64,000 nt of DNA from Lama guanicoe (lineage: Eukaryota): NCBI GenBank assembly GCA_013239625.1, contig MU056050.1, positions 4,202,084-4,266,083 on the forward strand, read 5' to 3'. The stretch's first letter is position 1. Each line of letters starts with the position of its first letter. The translations under genes were made by a program, and so were the position numbers. Below are positions 12,851 through 26,280 of this stretch, piece after piece. The notes under the pieces were generated by a model, which saw only the letters and a program-made list of their open reading frames with translations, was not told where the DNA came from and ran no database searches.

Positions 12851-13644
12851 TTTAAAATTTTCAATGACATTAACAAATTATTTTATATCAACATGAAAGA
12901 ATCACTAAAAGCCCAATTCATTTATCATTTCCTTATTCCTAACACTGAGCTGAGTCTTTTAGTTGCTTTTACTACCCACACTTTCCCACTTAACTGCTTG
13001 ATTTTGCTAAATATTCTTTGTGTTCTTAGTTCCCAGCTACCATTAGCTATTGCATTAGTACATATATTTTGTTTCAACAATTCTTATAAGAACAAGAAGA
13101 GCTGTAATAATTGTAAGGAAGGCTATATGGAAAAGGAAGAGAAGACTCAGTAGTTGATGAATTAGTTAAGACATATAAAGAAACAAATGCTGATTGTTCT
13201 CTGTTATTACTGAAAAGTGTTCCAGAATAAATAACTATGAGTTATGTTAATGATAGAGATACAGAGAGACAGAAGAGGAAACATAAAGCTTATTAAAGAA
13301 CATAATAGGTAAAGGGAAAAGAGGGTATTCTTTTTCTTCTGGGACTAATGAAGGCCTATTATAGTCAATTCCATCACTGGATGGTGGTCTAACTGTTTTG
13401 ATGATTTCTGTGATTAGTATTGATCATTGCACAAGTATTATGCATTTTCTGGTAGGTGTGGTTAAGATGAACAATATGATGTGAACATACTTTTTAAAAA
13501 ATGTCATCCTGCATCATTAGAGTGGAATTAGCTTAAATAAAGTGAATCAATTCCTAAAGTAATTTTTGGGTTAATCAATCTCTGATTCTAAGCTTTGAAC
13601 TTTGAGAGATTTTTTGCTGTTCTTGTTGTTGCTACTGTTTTCCT

Positions 13645-13970
13645 TTTTATTTTGAAAGAATTTTAGGTTTACAGAAAAGTGATAAAATCATACAGAACTC
13701 CTGCATTTCCCTACCCAACTTTCCCTAAGATGAAGGTCTTACATAATAGTAGTAAAATCATCAAAACAAAAAAATTATCTTTGGTACAATGTGATTAATA
13801 AACTACAAAACTTACTTCAATTTTATTAAAATTTCAACTAAACTCTAAAGTTTTAACTTTTGTCTTTCAGGATTCCATCTTGAGCTTAATCTCCAATCTG
13901 TCACAGTTCCTCATTTGTTGTATGTTTTGCATTACCTTGACAATTTTGAAGAGCACTGGTCAGTTATTTT
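13645..13970 (-). mobile_element. Ancient L1MC/ME-type 3' end
   Basis: ttttattttgaaagaattttaggtttacagaaaagt is a characteristic antisense L1M 3' terminus. Confidence 0.6.
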
Positions 13971-14794
13971 GACATAGATCATTTTTTTTCCTTTTATAAG
14001 TTACAAAATAAAATGATGGAAACCAGATATCCCTCCTATTGTGCAAAGAAATACTAAGTCTATAGAGAGTTCCAAAATTAAATGACTGAGATCATAAGTC
14101 TTGTAGGCTATTTATATCTGGAGATTCTTCCCTCAAAGTGAAGACAAATGGAAGGAGACTGGAAATCCAGTGTGCTTCCTAATATTTGCTATGGTGCATT
14201 CTCCAGAATATTCATAAACCTAGTTATTTTCTGCATCTGAATTGAACAACTTTGTTCTGATCTGAATGGAAAATGGATAGTATTCTCTCAAGATTGAAAT
14301 ATAGTAATTAAACTGATCAGAGAATAATACTTTCATTTGAAAAAGAGTGTGAAAATGAATATGATGATAACCATGTTTACATATTCAGAGAATGACCCAT
14401 CTTATTAGATTCATTATTCCCAAATAAATGGTAGTTTTTAAAACCACTATCCTTTTAAAAAGACTGACATTTTAAAAACATAATAATAATGATGAAGTAT
14501 AGAAAGATTTCATGAAAGCACTATAATCATATTACTGCTGAGTTGGGAAGTGATTACCTATTATAAAAAATAAATACAAGTCATAGAGCTTAAAAACAAA
14601 ACTATGGTTAGAGAAAGTCTATTTTAAAGAAAACAGTCTATTGGAAAAGTATCTTCGGGCAACTATCCCCCTTGATTTATTACAGTAAATTACTCTCCCT
14701 TTGCTCAATGTCTATTAAGCAAACTAAACTAAAATCACATAATTTTTTCTACCTAGATATAAAATAGATTGTTACCTGAGTCTGGATTTTTGCA

Positions 14795-17655
14795 ATTTTT
14801 ATTGAGATATAATTTCCATCATATAAAATTTTTAAGTATTTGATTGCATGGTTTTCATTATATTTATAAGGTTGTGCAACCATCACCACTATCCAATTCC
14901 AGAATATTTCCATCACCACATAAAGAAACTCCTTACATATTGGCCATCACTCTCAGTTGCCGCCTCCACCTATTCCTCTTACAACTACTAATATGATTTC
15001 TGTGGATTTGCTTATCCTCACTATTTCCTGTAAGTGAAATCATACAGTGTGTGCCCTTTTATGTCTGGCTAATTGAACTGAGAATCTTGTTTTCTAGGTT
15101 CAGCCATAGCATGTAAGAGCACTTCTTCCTCTATATGGCTGAAAAATGTCCTACTGTATGGAAATATAACATTTTGTTTATTCGTTCCTCAGTTGATGGA
15201 CATTTGAATTATTTCCGATTTTTAGTTATTAAGAATAATATTGCTATGAACATTCCTGTACATATTTTTTGAAGATGTGTATTTTCATTACTCCTGAGTA
15301 TATACCTAGCAGTGAATTTTCTGGGTCATTTGGTAATTCTATGTTTTATATGAGGAGCTGCCAAAATAAATTCCATTTCCCTAATAACTAATGATGTTGA
15401 GCATCTTTTGATGTATTTATTTTCTTTCTGTATATCTTTTTTGGAGAAAAGTTTATTCAGATTGTTTGCCTGTGTTTTAATATTGGATTATTTGTCCTTA
15501 TTGTTGAGATGTAAGAGTACTTTATATATTCTAGACACTAAACCTTTATCAAATACATGCTTTGAAAATATTTTCTTTCACCCTATGAGTTGTTTTCACT
15601 TTCTTGACAGTATCCTTTAGTGCATATACTTTTTAAAGTCAAATTTATATATCTTTTTTCTTTGTTATTTGTATTTTTGATGTTATAACTCAGAGACCAT
15701 TGCCAAATCCAAGGCCACAGAAATGCACTCCTATGCTGTTTTCTAAGAGTTTTATCATTTTAGCTCTTACATTTTGGTCTGTGATACACTTTGAGTTACT
15801 TTCTATATATGATGTTAGCTAGGGACCCAACTTCAGTCTTTTGCATATGGACATTCAGTTGCCCCAATTTCATTTGTTGAAAGACTGTTCTTTCCACATC
15901 AAATTCTTCTGGCAACCTTGATGAAAATCCATGAGTATAATAATAAGGATTTATTTCTAGATTCTTGACTATTTTCCATTTAGTTTTATTTCTGTCCTTA
16001 TTCCAGTAATATACTCTCTTGTTTATTGTTGCTGTGTAGTTTGATAATTATGAAGTATGAACCCTCCAAAAGTATTCTTTTTAAATATGATTTTTGCTTT
16101 TCTGTTTCCCTTGAATTTCTGTATAATTTTTAGAATCAACTGGTCAATTTCTTCAAAGAAGTTTTCAGATTTAGGAAATTCTCAACCATTATTTCTTTGA
16201 ATATTTTTCATGCTACTTTCTTGTTTGCCTCTCCTTCTGGTATTCCCATTACACACACCTTGTTGCACTTTAGGTGTCTCTAATTTCTCTGAGCCTCTAT
16301 TCATTTTTCTTCATTGTATTTTCTCTCTGTTGTTTAGATTGCTAATCTCTATTAATCTAGCTTTAAGTCTGCTTATTCTTTCTTATGCTAGTTCAAATCT
16401 ACCATTAAGCATCTCTAATGAATTTTCCACTTCAGTTACTGAATTTTACAACTTCTGAATTTCTATTTGGTTTTGTTTGTAATTTATAACTCTTTATTGA
16501 TATTCTCTTTTTGATGAGACATTGTCTTCATACCTTCCTTTACTTCTTTACATATATTATCATTTAAGTGTTTAAACATATTTATAATGAAAAAAACTGG
16601 GAACTTTCTGTTTGTTAAACCTGACATATGGCCCCTCCCACAGTCAGCTTTTGTGCCTGCTTTTTTTTTTCTGTGTATGAGTCACACTTTCCTGTTTCTA
16701 TGGATGTCTCCGATATTTTTGTTCGAAAACTGGACGTTTTTGGTAATATGTTGCAGTAACTCTGGGTACTGATTTCTCTCCCCCATTTCCAGGGCTAATT
16801 GTTGTCATTGTTTATGTGTTTTCTGATTCAGCTATGTTACTTTAGTGAAGTCTATTATCCATAGTAGTACCTTTGGTATTGTTCTGGGTGGGGGTGTGTG
16901 CAAAGGCATCCTGGTATAATAGTGATTTTAACAGGGCTGTCTCTTTCTCTGATCTCTTTTTTAATCAATCTGCTTCATTTGGTATTACACTACACTTATT
17001 AAGCTTCACTAATCACTGTGTGATATCTCTGTTGTATTTGACAATGCCTTGGCTCATAAATTTCTCGCCAGTCTTATACAACTAACTTTGTGCAGATGTA
17101 CGTTTTAAGACTGTCTTTGAAGTTTTTTCTCATCCAAGTGGGCTCTTCCTCTATTCTTTCTGGTGAACTAGTTGACCTACATTTAGCTTATTGTTTCTAA
17201 TCAAGAGAAGCTATTGTTTTTGAGAATGCCCTTAGGTTTGAATTTCTCCTTTGGATAGAGCTTCAGAACTCTCTTTTCTTATGGGATGCCTTTCCTGCTG
17301 AGCAAAATCTCTGAGCCACTACTCTGGGCACTGGCTTGGGTGGTAGCCTCTGGTCTTTTTGGCTTGCCTCTCTTGGCAAGGAACTTCTGCCTTACAAATT
17401 AGATGGATCAGGGGCGATTGGGACCCCAGTATGCTCAGCCTGCCACACATGGAGTAAAGATTCTGCAGATTCTATGGTAAAGGCTAGGTGAATGAAAGGA
17501 GTCCCAGACCTCTCAGCTGCACTCACCAGGAATTTAAAATCTTCAACTTGGAGTGTTAGGGGATCAGAAATGCTGGTAGTAGGTTGCCCTTCCCAGGGAG
17601 TTATGAGAGCTACCTTTTATTGAGAGTCAAGGGGAGAGCAAGCCCCTTCAACTTG
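14795..17655 (-). mobile_element. Old L1M: 3'UTR and ORF2 end (14795-16155) joined to ORF1/5'UTR-like sequence (16160-17655)
   Basis: tttttattgagatataatt 3' terminus and antisense ORF2 motifs, then an abrupt switch to tttaggaaattctcaaccattatttc (antisense ORF1). Confidence 0.7.
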
Positions 17656-17904
17656 GCCTCATCCATTTAAATGTTTAAAAGATTTTCCCTTTGCAATTTC
17701 TCTGGCAAAGAAAAAAAACGATTGCCCTTGATGATTCTGCGGCTGATTGCAGTAATACATCCAAAAAGTTGCAGCTCCTAAGCTAACTAGTGGAGCTATT
17801 TCCCAACACCTGGAATGTGTGATGGCCCTGTGCCTTCTATGAACCAATAATAAGTGAGCAACATTTACATAAGCAGAAAGTTGAAAAATACTATTGCATT
17901 AGCT

Positions 17905-18237
17905 CTGGCTTTCTTGCTGAACTTAGAATCCTGAACTAGACTTCTGGAGGATGAAGAAACTGCACTGAAAAAAATATAATGTACTCTGATCAACAGCCTG
18001 TCAGCTACCATACATGTGAGTGAGGTCATTTTAGCTCAAACAGTAATTAGCTGACCAACTAGCTGATCGCAGATATGTGGTAGAGCTCAGCAAAGATAAA
18101 AACAAACAAGCAAATAAACATTAGATATGAAAAATTGCCCTGTTGACCCCAAGAATCTGGAGCTAAATAAAATGACTGTTGTTTTAAGTCACTAAATTTT
18201 GGGTTGGCTTGCTATACTTCAAAATCTAACTGATATA
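17905..18237 (+). mobile_element. MLT1 (ERVL-MaLR) LTR fragment
   Basis: Ends with the MLT1-type terminus AATAAAATGACTGTTGTTTTAAGTCACTAAATTTTGGG...CTAACTGATATA. Confidence 0.75.
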
Positions 18238-18239
18238 GC

Positions 18240-19480
18240 CTGGAAAAGAGGGATGAAAGATTCCTGGAAATTGGGAATGGGACAAAGTCTGGTCTATGAT
18301 CTATGTAGATCGGAACTACATTCCATAGTAGCAATTCCAGCACCAGTTCCAAAGGCAATGGTGCACATAGTGAAGCATGGAAGCAGATTAACTCCTTGGT
18401 GTCAAGGGATCCCTGTAATCTTGGACAATGAAGAACATAACAGGGCTCATACCAAATTGAATTCTAGAAGTCGTTTCCCCTTTTTTTCATCGTTATGCAC
18501 CTGAATGCTGGTATAACCCTGGGGGCAGGGAGAAGTGTTCCCAATAATGACTGAGATTGATTTTCCCACAGACTTGGTGAAACTTTTGAGGAATTAGACA
18601 TAGATTTAATTTTATTAAAAGTATTTTTTCACTCCTAATTTTGGACAAGTTCATATAGTATTCCAGAGAGTTGCTTAACAAATTTAAAAATTACCATCTC
18701 CTTTCCCAAAGGGGCAGTAATTTCAAAACATATCTCCATCATATGTAATTTTCTGTTTATTTGGCACATGCATTGCTCCAATCAATCCAAATATAAAAGT
18801 TGCATATCCTTTGCCTTCTTGGTAAAGGTAATAGCATTTATAACATACAGTTGGGGATTATAAAAAGAACCTTGTTATACTGTGATAATTTAGAAGTCTG
18901 GAGAGTTTATATGTTTAAGAAAAATATCCTTTGAGAATCAGTACTCATTACTTTTAATTTTTTATTTATCTTCTAAAATCCATGGTATTTGGTTTCTTAT
19001 TTATGATGTACGTCTTATAAGACCTTTTGAATGATAAAAATATATTGAATATTCATGTGTCAGACACATTTCACCCGAAAATATACATCTGAGACAGTAG
19101 TAGAGTATAGTGATTAAGAGCATAAGTCCTAAAAGTCAGATGCCTGTGATAGAACTCAGGCCCTGCCACTCAGTACCTGGGTGACATTGGAAATGTCACT
19201 TAATTCTTTATATATAAAAGTAGAGATATCTGTAGTCCTTCCTCATAAAGTTGTTGTGAGAATTACGAGTTTATATGCTGAGTTTATCTTCTTTGTTGTC
19301 CAAGACTACAGGGATCCCTTGACACCAAGGAGTTATCTGCTTCACTATGTGCACCATTGCCTTTGGAATTGGTGCTGGAATTGCTACTATAGAATATGGT
19401 TCCAGTCTACACAGATTATGGAACCTTCCAGACTTTGTCCCATTCCCAATTTCCAGGAATCTCTCTTTGCTCTTTATCAG
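18240..19480. repeat. Inverted repeat with ~200 bp arms (18240-18440 and 19284-19480) and ~840 bp spacer
   Basis: AGATTCCTGGAAATTGGGAATGGGACAAAGTCTGG, CCAAAGGCAATGGTGCACATAGTGAAGCA and TAACTCCTTGGTGTCAAGGGATCCCTGTA in the left arm have exact reverse complements in the right arm. Confidence 0.95.
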
Positions 19481-19540
19481 CTTGCATGGTGGTAAGCATT
19501 ACAGAAGTGTTGGCTACTGTTGATAATGTCGCTACTGTTA
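19095..19540 (+). mobile_element. MIR SINE, interrupted at ~19266-19480
   Basis: MIR core (gtgattaagagc...gggtgacattggaaatgtcacttaa...cctcataaagttgttgtgagaatta) to 19265; MIR-like tail (ggtaagcattacagaagtgttggctact) from ~19481. Confidence 0.75.
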
Positions 19541-20235
19541 TGCAGTTCCTTAGTTTGTAATGTGAAGTATTTTCTTCATTTGAGTATAATACATATATTG
19601 GCTACACTTATACTTATCAAGCATTAAATCAAGATATTCTAAGCAATTATTATGCACCTAGAAGTACAATAGGGATAGGGAGGGATGTTTATATATAAAA
19701 TATAGTTCTTGCTCTTAAGAAGCTAACTTTGAAGAAATGACATAATAAAGCATTTATCCAAACCTAATATGGACAGCCAAGCTCTAGTAATGTACAAAGG
19801 AAAAATATAAGATTCCTACTCTCATGGATCATCTAAATAAAAAGATAAACATAAAATATATGTTAAATGCCTAATATGCTGCACAACAGATACTATAAAG
19901 TCACACTAAGTGAGTGTGGTAATAAAAGTTTCACACAATAAGTAGAACTCATAAGAGAAATATGATGAGTTATAATGAAAGATTTTCAATGCATACTGGG
20001 ATCCAAGAAGCTGAAGTGACTATCTGTGGTAGAAAGGGGGATGAGGTAGTCTTCATAGAGGAAGGGAAACTTAATCTGAGCCTTGAAATATCAAGACAAG
20101 TTTAACAACAGAGATATGGGGAAAGAAGCTTAAAGCAGAAAGTTAACTGATATAAAAATGCAAAGTGTGGGAAAACATTGCAAATGTGAAAGATGGAGAC
20201 AAGTTCTAAATTGATGATGATTTTAGATATAAGCA

Positions 20236-21582
20236 TGAACGCATCAAAACTACAACTACATATAGGACGACTCTCACTGAAATCAACCTGGGGACTAGCA
20301 GAGCAGCTCTTCTACAACCCAAGTGGTGAGAAAAGTCCACACGGAACCTGATAGGAATGGATCTGGTTGGGACCTGCACCCTAGTGGGGGACACAGAAGA
20401 GGAAGGGGATATCACAGGCTCAGGGATCCTCCGTGGGGAATCAGGGATTTGAGCCACGTAGTAGGCACCTCGGCCCTGGGGTTTCACACTAAGAAGGTGA
20501 GTCCCCTTTGCTGTTTTGAAAACCAGTAAGTCTTACCGGGGGGCTGTAAGAAACTGAGACTCCACCCTTGAGAACAAGCACACAGCCTTGCTTACTCCTG
20601 GCCACAGCATAGAAGCCATAGATTGAAAACTGCCTGGGACTCAGGCCAGGTTGCTAGGACCGCCACAGCGTGCACCCTAGCCCACACTGCTGCTGCTCCA
20701 GCCCCTCTTGATTGGCACTGCTCCCCGCTAAGGCTGAGGCTGCAGTTGCCAAAAAGAGTGCACACACTTGGAGGGAACAGAGCTGGCTCGGACTCCTGGC
20801 CCTGCCTCTGACCAGGATTGGGGCAGACCTTACCAGCTTGCACCTGCACACACTCTGGAGGAAGCAAAGCTAGCTAGCTCCAGAGCAAAGACCACCATTG
20901 TTAGAGAGTGCATCCCTGTGCCCACTTGGGAGGGGTGAGGCTTCTCAGTGGTGTGGTACTAACCCCTAGGGCCCCTACCTAGTCTCTAACAAAGGCATGC
21001 ACACCAGGAAAAGAGTGAAACTAGCACAAGAGTGCAGCCTCAAGCCCTCAGGCCCTGGTCAAATCCCAAACTAAGGCAGAGACTGCCATCACAATGCAGG
21101 AGAAATCCAGCTCCCTCAGGGCTCCTTCTCCAGCTTCTTGGCACCCACCCTGTCCTTAATAGGATGGTGATGGCAACTAAGCATCGAAGAAGCCCCGGCT
21201 TGCTCCTGATTCTGGCTCTAGTCCCTCCAACTCAAGCCCCACTTCCTACCAAGGCAGTGGCTTCCAGTATACCCTGGGAGAAGATGCAACCCATGCTTAC
21301 TTTAGATTCAGCTCTCCCACCAAAGTCACTGGGCACACACAGACTGCGTAGAGACACTCCCACACAAGGACACACCTTCAAGTCTGGGTTAGGTAATTGT
21401 TTTACCTAATTTCATAGAGAGGGTGCATTAAACAAAATGAGAAGGCAGAAGAATATGTTTCAAAGGAAAGAAAAAAAAACCCTGGAAAAACTCTAATGAA
21501 ACAGAGAAATAATATACCCAATAACGAGTTCAAAAATAGAGTTAAGTGCTAACTTAACTCGGGAAAAGAATAGATGAACACA
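20236..21582 (+). mobile_element. Isolated L1 5'UTR plus ORF1 start (older L1M type)
   Basis: GC-rich L1 5'UTR-like sequence followed by AAAATGAGAAGGCAGAAGAATATGTTTCAAAGGAAAGAA (ORF1 start, ~21437). Homology ends at ~21582. Confidence 0.75.
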
Positions 21583-24384
21583 AATGTGTCAAATAATTCC
21601 ATCATACTCATTCTTAATTTACTTTGCTGGCTTCTGTGTCTCTCTATATAGAGTTACTCGGTAGGTCAACATCTTATCTCACTTTGGTTAATCTTACCCA
21701 CCTGCATGGTTTCAATTACTTAATTCTATATCTCTAGCCCAGAAATTGTTCTCGAGTTCCATACCTATAAATCCATCTACTGAATGTCCTGTTTTTTGCT
21801 CAATCATTTGAATCTCAAAAGTTACTCTCCACTTTGACAGGACCATTTTGATGAGAGCAGACCATAGTCTGCTGCACAAACATTTGGCAAGCACAAACAT
21901 TTTAAAAATATTTTTAAACAATTTATTTTATATTTGAAATTCATTCTAAATGTGGTTCATAAAAAATTCCAAAAACTTAAAATAGATACAGTGAAAAGTG
22001 AGTCTCTCTCATTGCCCTTTCCCCAGCTTAGTCTTCTATGACGGGGACAACCACTTTACTGGTTTCTTAGGAATCTTTACAGAGATATTCTGTCCATATG
22101 CAAATATGCTCCACCGAAGAGCTTGTGCTTCCCCCAATATTTAAACATGTAACTGTTTTATTAAGTTGGTGTGATGAGCACTTTAAAGTTATGATACCTG
22201 ACTTCATAATCTTTGCATCCCTAATTCCTAGTAAGTGTATGACACATAGTAGGAACTCAGTACATCATAATTAAATAAATAATAAATTATGCACTGTACT
22301 AAAACCACAGAACAATAACCAGGCAAACCAAATGGCAATTACATGGACACATAGTGGATTTTCAAAAACAACTCGCCAATTTTAATTGTATTAATTTTAA
22401 TTTAGCTGTGCATTTATTAAATCTCACTCCAAGCTGCATGTAGTTTTATCTATAGTGCTCTTTAATGTTTATAAGTAGTTCTGTTCACTAGTAATTACTT
22501 TTATTTGAAAAAGGCATAGTTAAAGGAAAAATCATGCTATTATCTTTGATTCAGTTTAGCAAGTTTATGGGAAATCCAGAGGTTCAGAATACAAGCTCCC
22601 CTGAAGTGTAGTCTTAGTACCTAGTGGGATAAAATAGCAGCTACAGGAGTATGCTGGCTTTGGAAACTAAAGACCCATAGAGTGATGTCAAATATCAATT
22701 TTCTTAAGAAGATAATCTGAACTGGCCTAGTTAGGGTATGTTTTGATGTTCAGTGAAGTCATCTGATTAAACTTGTCTTTCTCCTTTATTTTTCATGTAT
22801 AATTTAATTTACTTTTATAGTTACAAATTTGAAGAAAAAGCCCTTAAGTAGTCACCTGACTCTTTTTAGATCACTCAGTGAATATAAGGCTATAATTCTA
22901 TCTAAAAGGTTCACAGATAATAAACCTCAAGAGCACAGGTTTTTGTAAGTAGTTAACCCTCCATTCTTCCTCCTTCCCAACTCCCCGTAAATTATTTACT
23001 TTTAAAATACATCATGTTGGCAGAAAAAGTTCATAGTGCAAGAAACACATAAGGAGAGAGGGCAACAGCATATTCAGAAGGATGAAAAAATTGCTATTTG
23101 AGGACAGAGATCACTTGGAAATGCAAAAGTACAGCTGTTCCTGATGCAAAAAGTACATAGAAATTATTTGTGTTAAGTGAAGCTTCCCAAGTTCCATGGA
23201 GACCTAAGGACCCTACAGTCTAGACATTCCATTGTGCTGTATGTCACCCAGACATAGCACAATTTGACCTCATTCTTCATTACACCAAGTGTGACTTTTA
23301 AAGTGCAGTCTCAATTAGCTCAGGGAACAAAAATACTAATTTCGCCTTTAAGTCATTGTAGAGGACCCACAGATGCCAATAATTATTTTATAAATCATTT
23401 GTTGCCCTTTCCTGGATCCTTTTCTTCAATCCAACTTTCCCCTCTCCAAATCTACAATCAGAAGGAAGCAAAACAAACCAGAACATACAAAAAACTCTTT
23501 TGGGGCTTCAAAGTATCATGTCAGCTCTCCCTGAAGTTAAATTTTGACTTTGTTTCTTTATGAAATGCTAGAATGCAATATTTTCAACTGCATCTGAGTT
23601 ACATGAGCTAAAGGATAACAGATTCAGTGTATTGTGTGATATTTGTTCTTTTTGTATGTGTTCTAAAACAGTTCAAATAAAATGAAAATGGTAGGATGCT
23701 AAATTACAATGGTGTCCAATATGACCATGAGAGAACAGGGGTGCCATCCTCTTCATTAGTCATGGGTATTCATCTGTTTCTACTAATTTTTCTGTGTGCT
23801 CAATCTGTATCATTTACCTGACTGCTTCACTTAGAAAATGTTTATTTCAGTTAAGGAAATAAGCTGGATTATTCAGAAGAAGAAAAAAGTCTATATAGAT
23901 TTCAATTCTCTGTATACACTACAGTGTTATTTCTAGTCTAGAAAGAGCAAAGTTGGAGAAAGAGGTACACTTCTTAGTTAGCATTCTTTCAGTGAGGGTG
24001 TGTGTGTGTGCATGCAGTTTGAAAAGGCTCACCAGGAATTCAAAGAGTTCCTATACCACCACCCTCATCCAATTATTTGTTCTTGTGCAAGTCTAAAGCA
24101 GTGCCATGGAAACTGAAGGTAGTTGTTCATCTTTGCAGATAAACAGAGGACAACAAAAAATGTCTTTGTGTTTATCTGGAGATATCTGGGCATGGACCAG
24201 TCTCAGAGCTGGCCAGGTCCTACCTACTCTCGGCTCTGCAAAGGTCTGAGGAAGAGGAGTGAAGAACAACTGAAGAGGAAGACAATTCTAATGTTTCCTG
24301 AGGTAAAGAAATAGATCAAAGCTGAAAGTTAATTTTTCAAAATAAATACTACTGTTCCAAATTTCTAGTAAAAGAATCGGAGGT

Positions 24385-26280
24385 GGAGTTGAGTTGAGAG
24401 GCTATTGCAGTAATATGGATAATAGATGGCTGGCTTGAACCAGAGTGATAGCATTGAAAATGGTGAGAAGTGGCCATATTTTGAACATAATATGAAGCTA
24501 GAACCAAAAGATTTGTTGTGAGATCTTATGAGGAATATAAGAAAGAAAAATTAATCAAGGATAACTCCAAGTTTTTGGCCTAAGAGACTTAGAAAATGAA
24601 GTTGGCTTTCACTGAGTTAAGAAATCCTAGTGGAGGAGCAGGCTTAGGGATATTGATATGGAATTTAGTTCTCACCATGTTAAGTTTGAAGAGTTTGACT
24701 TTTAATATGAATAGGATAAGTCTATTCCATTTATCTATATAACAATCAATCTTCAAGATTAGTGATTTAAAACAGCAATTGTTTAATTATATTTTATATT
24801 TTATGATTCCGTGGGTCAGGAATGCAAATGAGGCTTGACTGGGTGATTTTTCTGGTCCATGTGGCATTGATGAATGTCACTTGTTGGCATTAAGCTGGCA
24901 GATGGGATGGTTTGGAGGTTATATGAAAGCTCCGTCACAAGTTTGGCACGTTGGTGGGGAAGGGTAGAAGGCAAAGCTGAACTAGGACTGTCGACCATAG
25001 CACAGCAAACTCAGGGCAGTTGGATTTCTTACATGGCAGCTCAAAACTATGAGAAAGTATTCCATGAAGAAGGTGAAAGCTGCACAACCTTCCATGCTTT
25101 TGGAAGTCACATAGCATCATTCTGCAATACTGCACTCGTCAAATGAGACACAAGCCAACTCAAAGTAAGAGGATATAAATCTCACCACTTGTTGAGAAGA
25201 AGTATCAAAGATTTTGCAGTATGTTTTTCAGCTACCACCAATTCATTGGAGTGTTTTGAGCAAAGGATCAGCTCAATATGACTTAGGTTTAAAAGGATAA
25301 TTCTGAATGCTGTATAGAAAAAAAGACTATAATGGGGAGAGGGCAGAGTCAGGGAGAGCAATTAGAAGGCTACTACAGGGATTCAGGTGAAATATGGTGG
25401 CTTTGACCAGAATGCTAGTAGTGCAAGTGGTAAGAAATTTTTAATTTTCAGAGACATTTTGAAGATAAAACTGATAGGAGTTTGATGGAAAGGATGTAAG
25501 GAAAAGAGGGAAGCCAAGGATGATATCTAAGTTGAAGCCTAAGCAACTGAGTGCATTTACCTTTATGTGGAATACTGCAGGAATAACAAGTTTCAGAATA
25601 GGGGAGTAGAAATCAATGGTTCAGTTATTCATCATGTAGGAGTTGAGATACCTATTAGGTATCAAAGTGGAAACTGGATACAAAAGCCTGGAGCTGAATG
25701 GATTGCTCATGGGAACTTATATAACATTTCAAAATACTGAAGACATTTAAAAGCACAAGACTATGTGATCACCAAGGAATTCAGTCTAAATTGACAAGGC
25801 AAGAGGACACATGGTGATTGACTGCCCGAGAATGCCAATATTTAGAAGTTGAGAAGAGGAAGAGAACTGAGAAAATGGTACTGAGAAGGAGCATACAGTG
25901 AGATAAGAGAAGAACAAGAAACATTTTTATATCCTAGAACCCAAGTAAAGAAAGTGGATCAGTGATCAACTGTGTCAGATGTTATTAATAGATCTAGTAA
26001 AATAAAGACTAAGAGTTGACCGAAGTCTTTGGCAATTTGGAAGTTGTTGTTGAGTTTGAAAAGAATAGCTTTAGTGTATTGATGGGGAGGAAAACCTATC
26101 TGTCTTCAGGGAACTCAAAAATGAATTGGACAGAAAAGATGACATGAATGAATTGAGGAAATATGACTCTTCTGAGGAATTTTCTATGAAGAGAAGAAAA
26201 AATGAGATAGTCGAGGATATGTGGAGTCAAGTCAAGAATTTTGAAACATGGTAGATATAGTACTTCTTTGTGGTGAAATT
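24385..26280 (-). mobile_element. L2 LINE fragments flanking an MLT1 LTR
   Basis: Purine-rich antisense L2 motifs (gaggctattgcagtaat, aaggataactccaagtttttggcctaag, ggatcagtgatcaactgtgtcagatg). Confidence 0.7.
24715..25240 (-). mobile_element. MLT1 LTR
   Basis: ttagtgatttaaaacagcaatt...gattccgtgggtcaggaat...cttacatggcagctca match antisense MLT1. Confidence 0.75.

Noticed and set aside
18240..19480. DNA transposon with long TIRs
   Set aside because: No TSD or recognisable TIR termini, no transposase, and the right arm interrupts a MIR that continues outside it.
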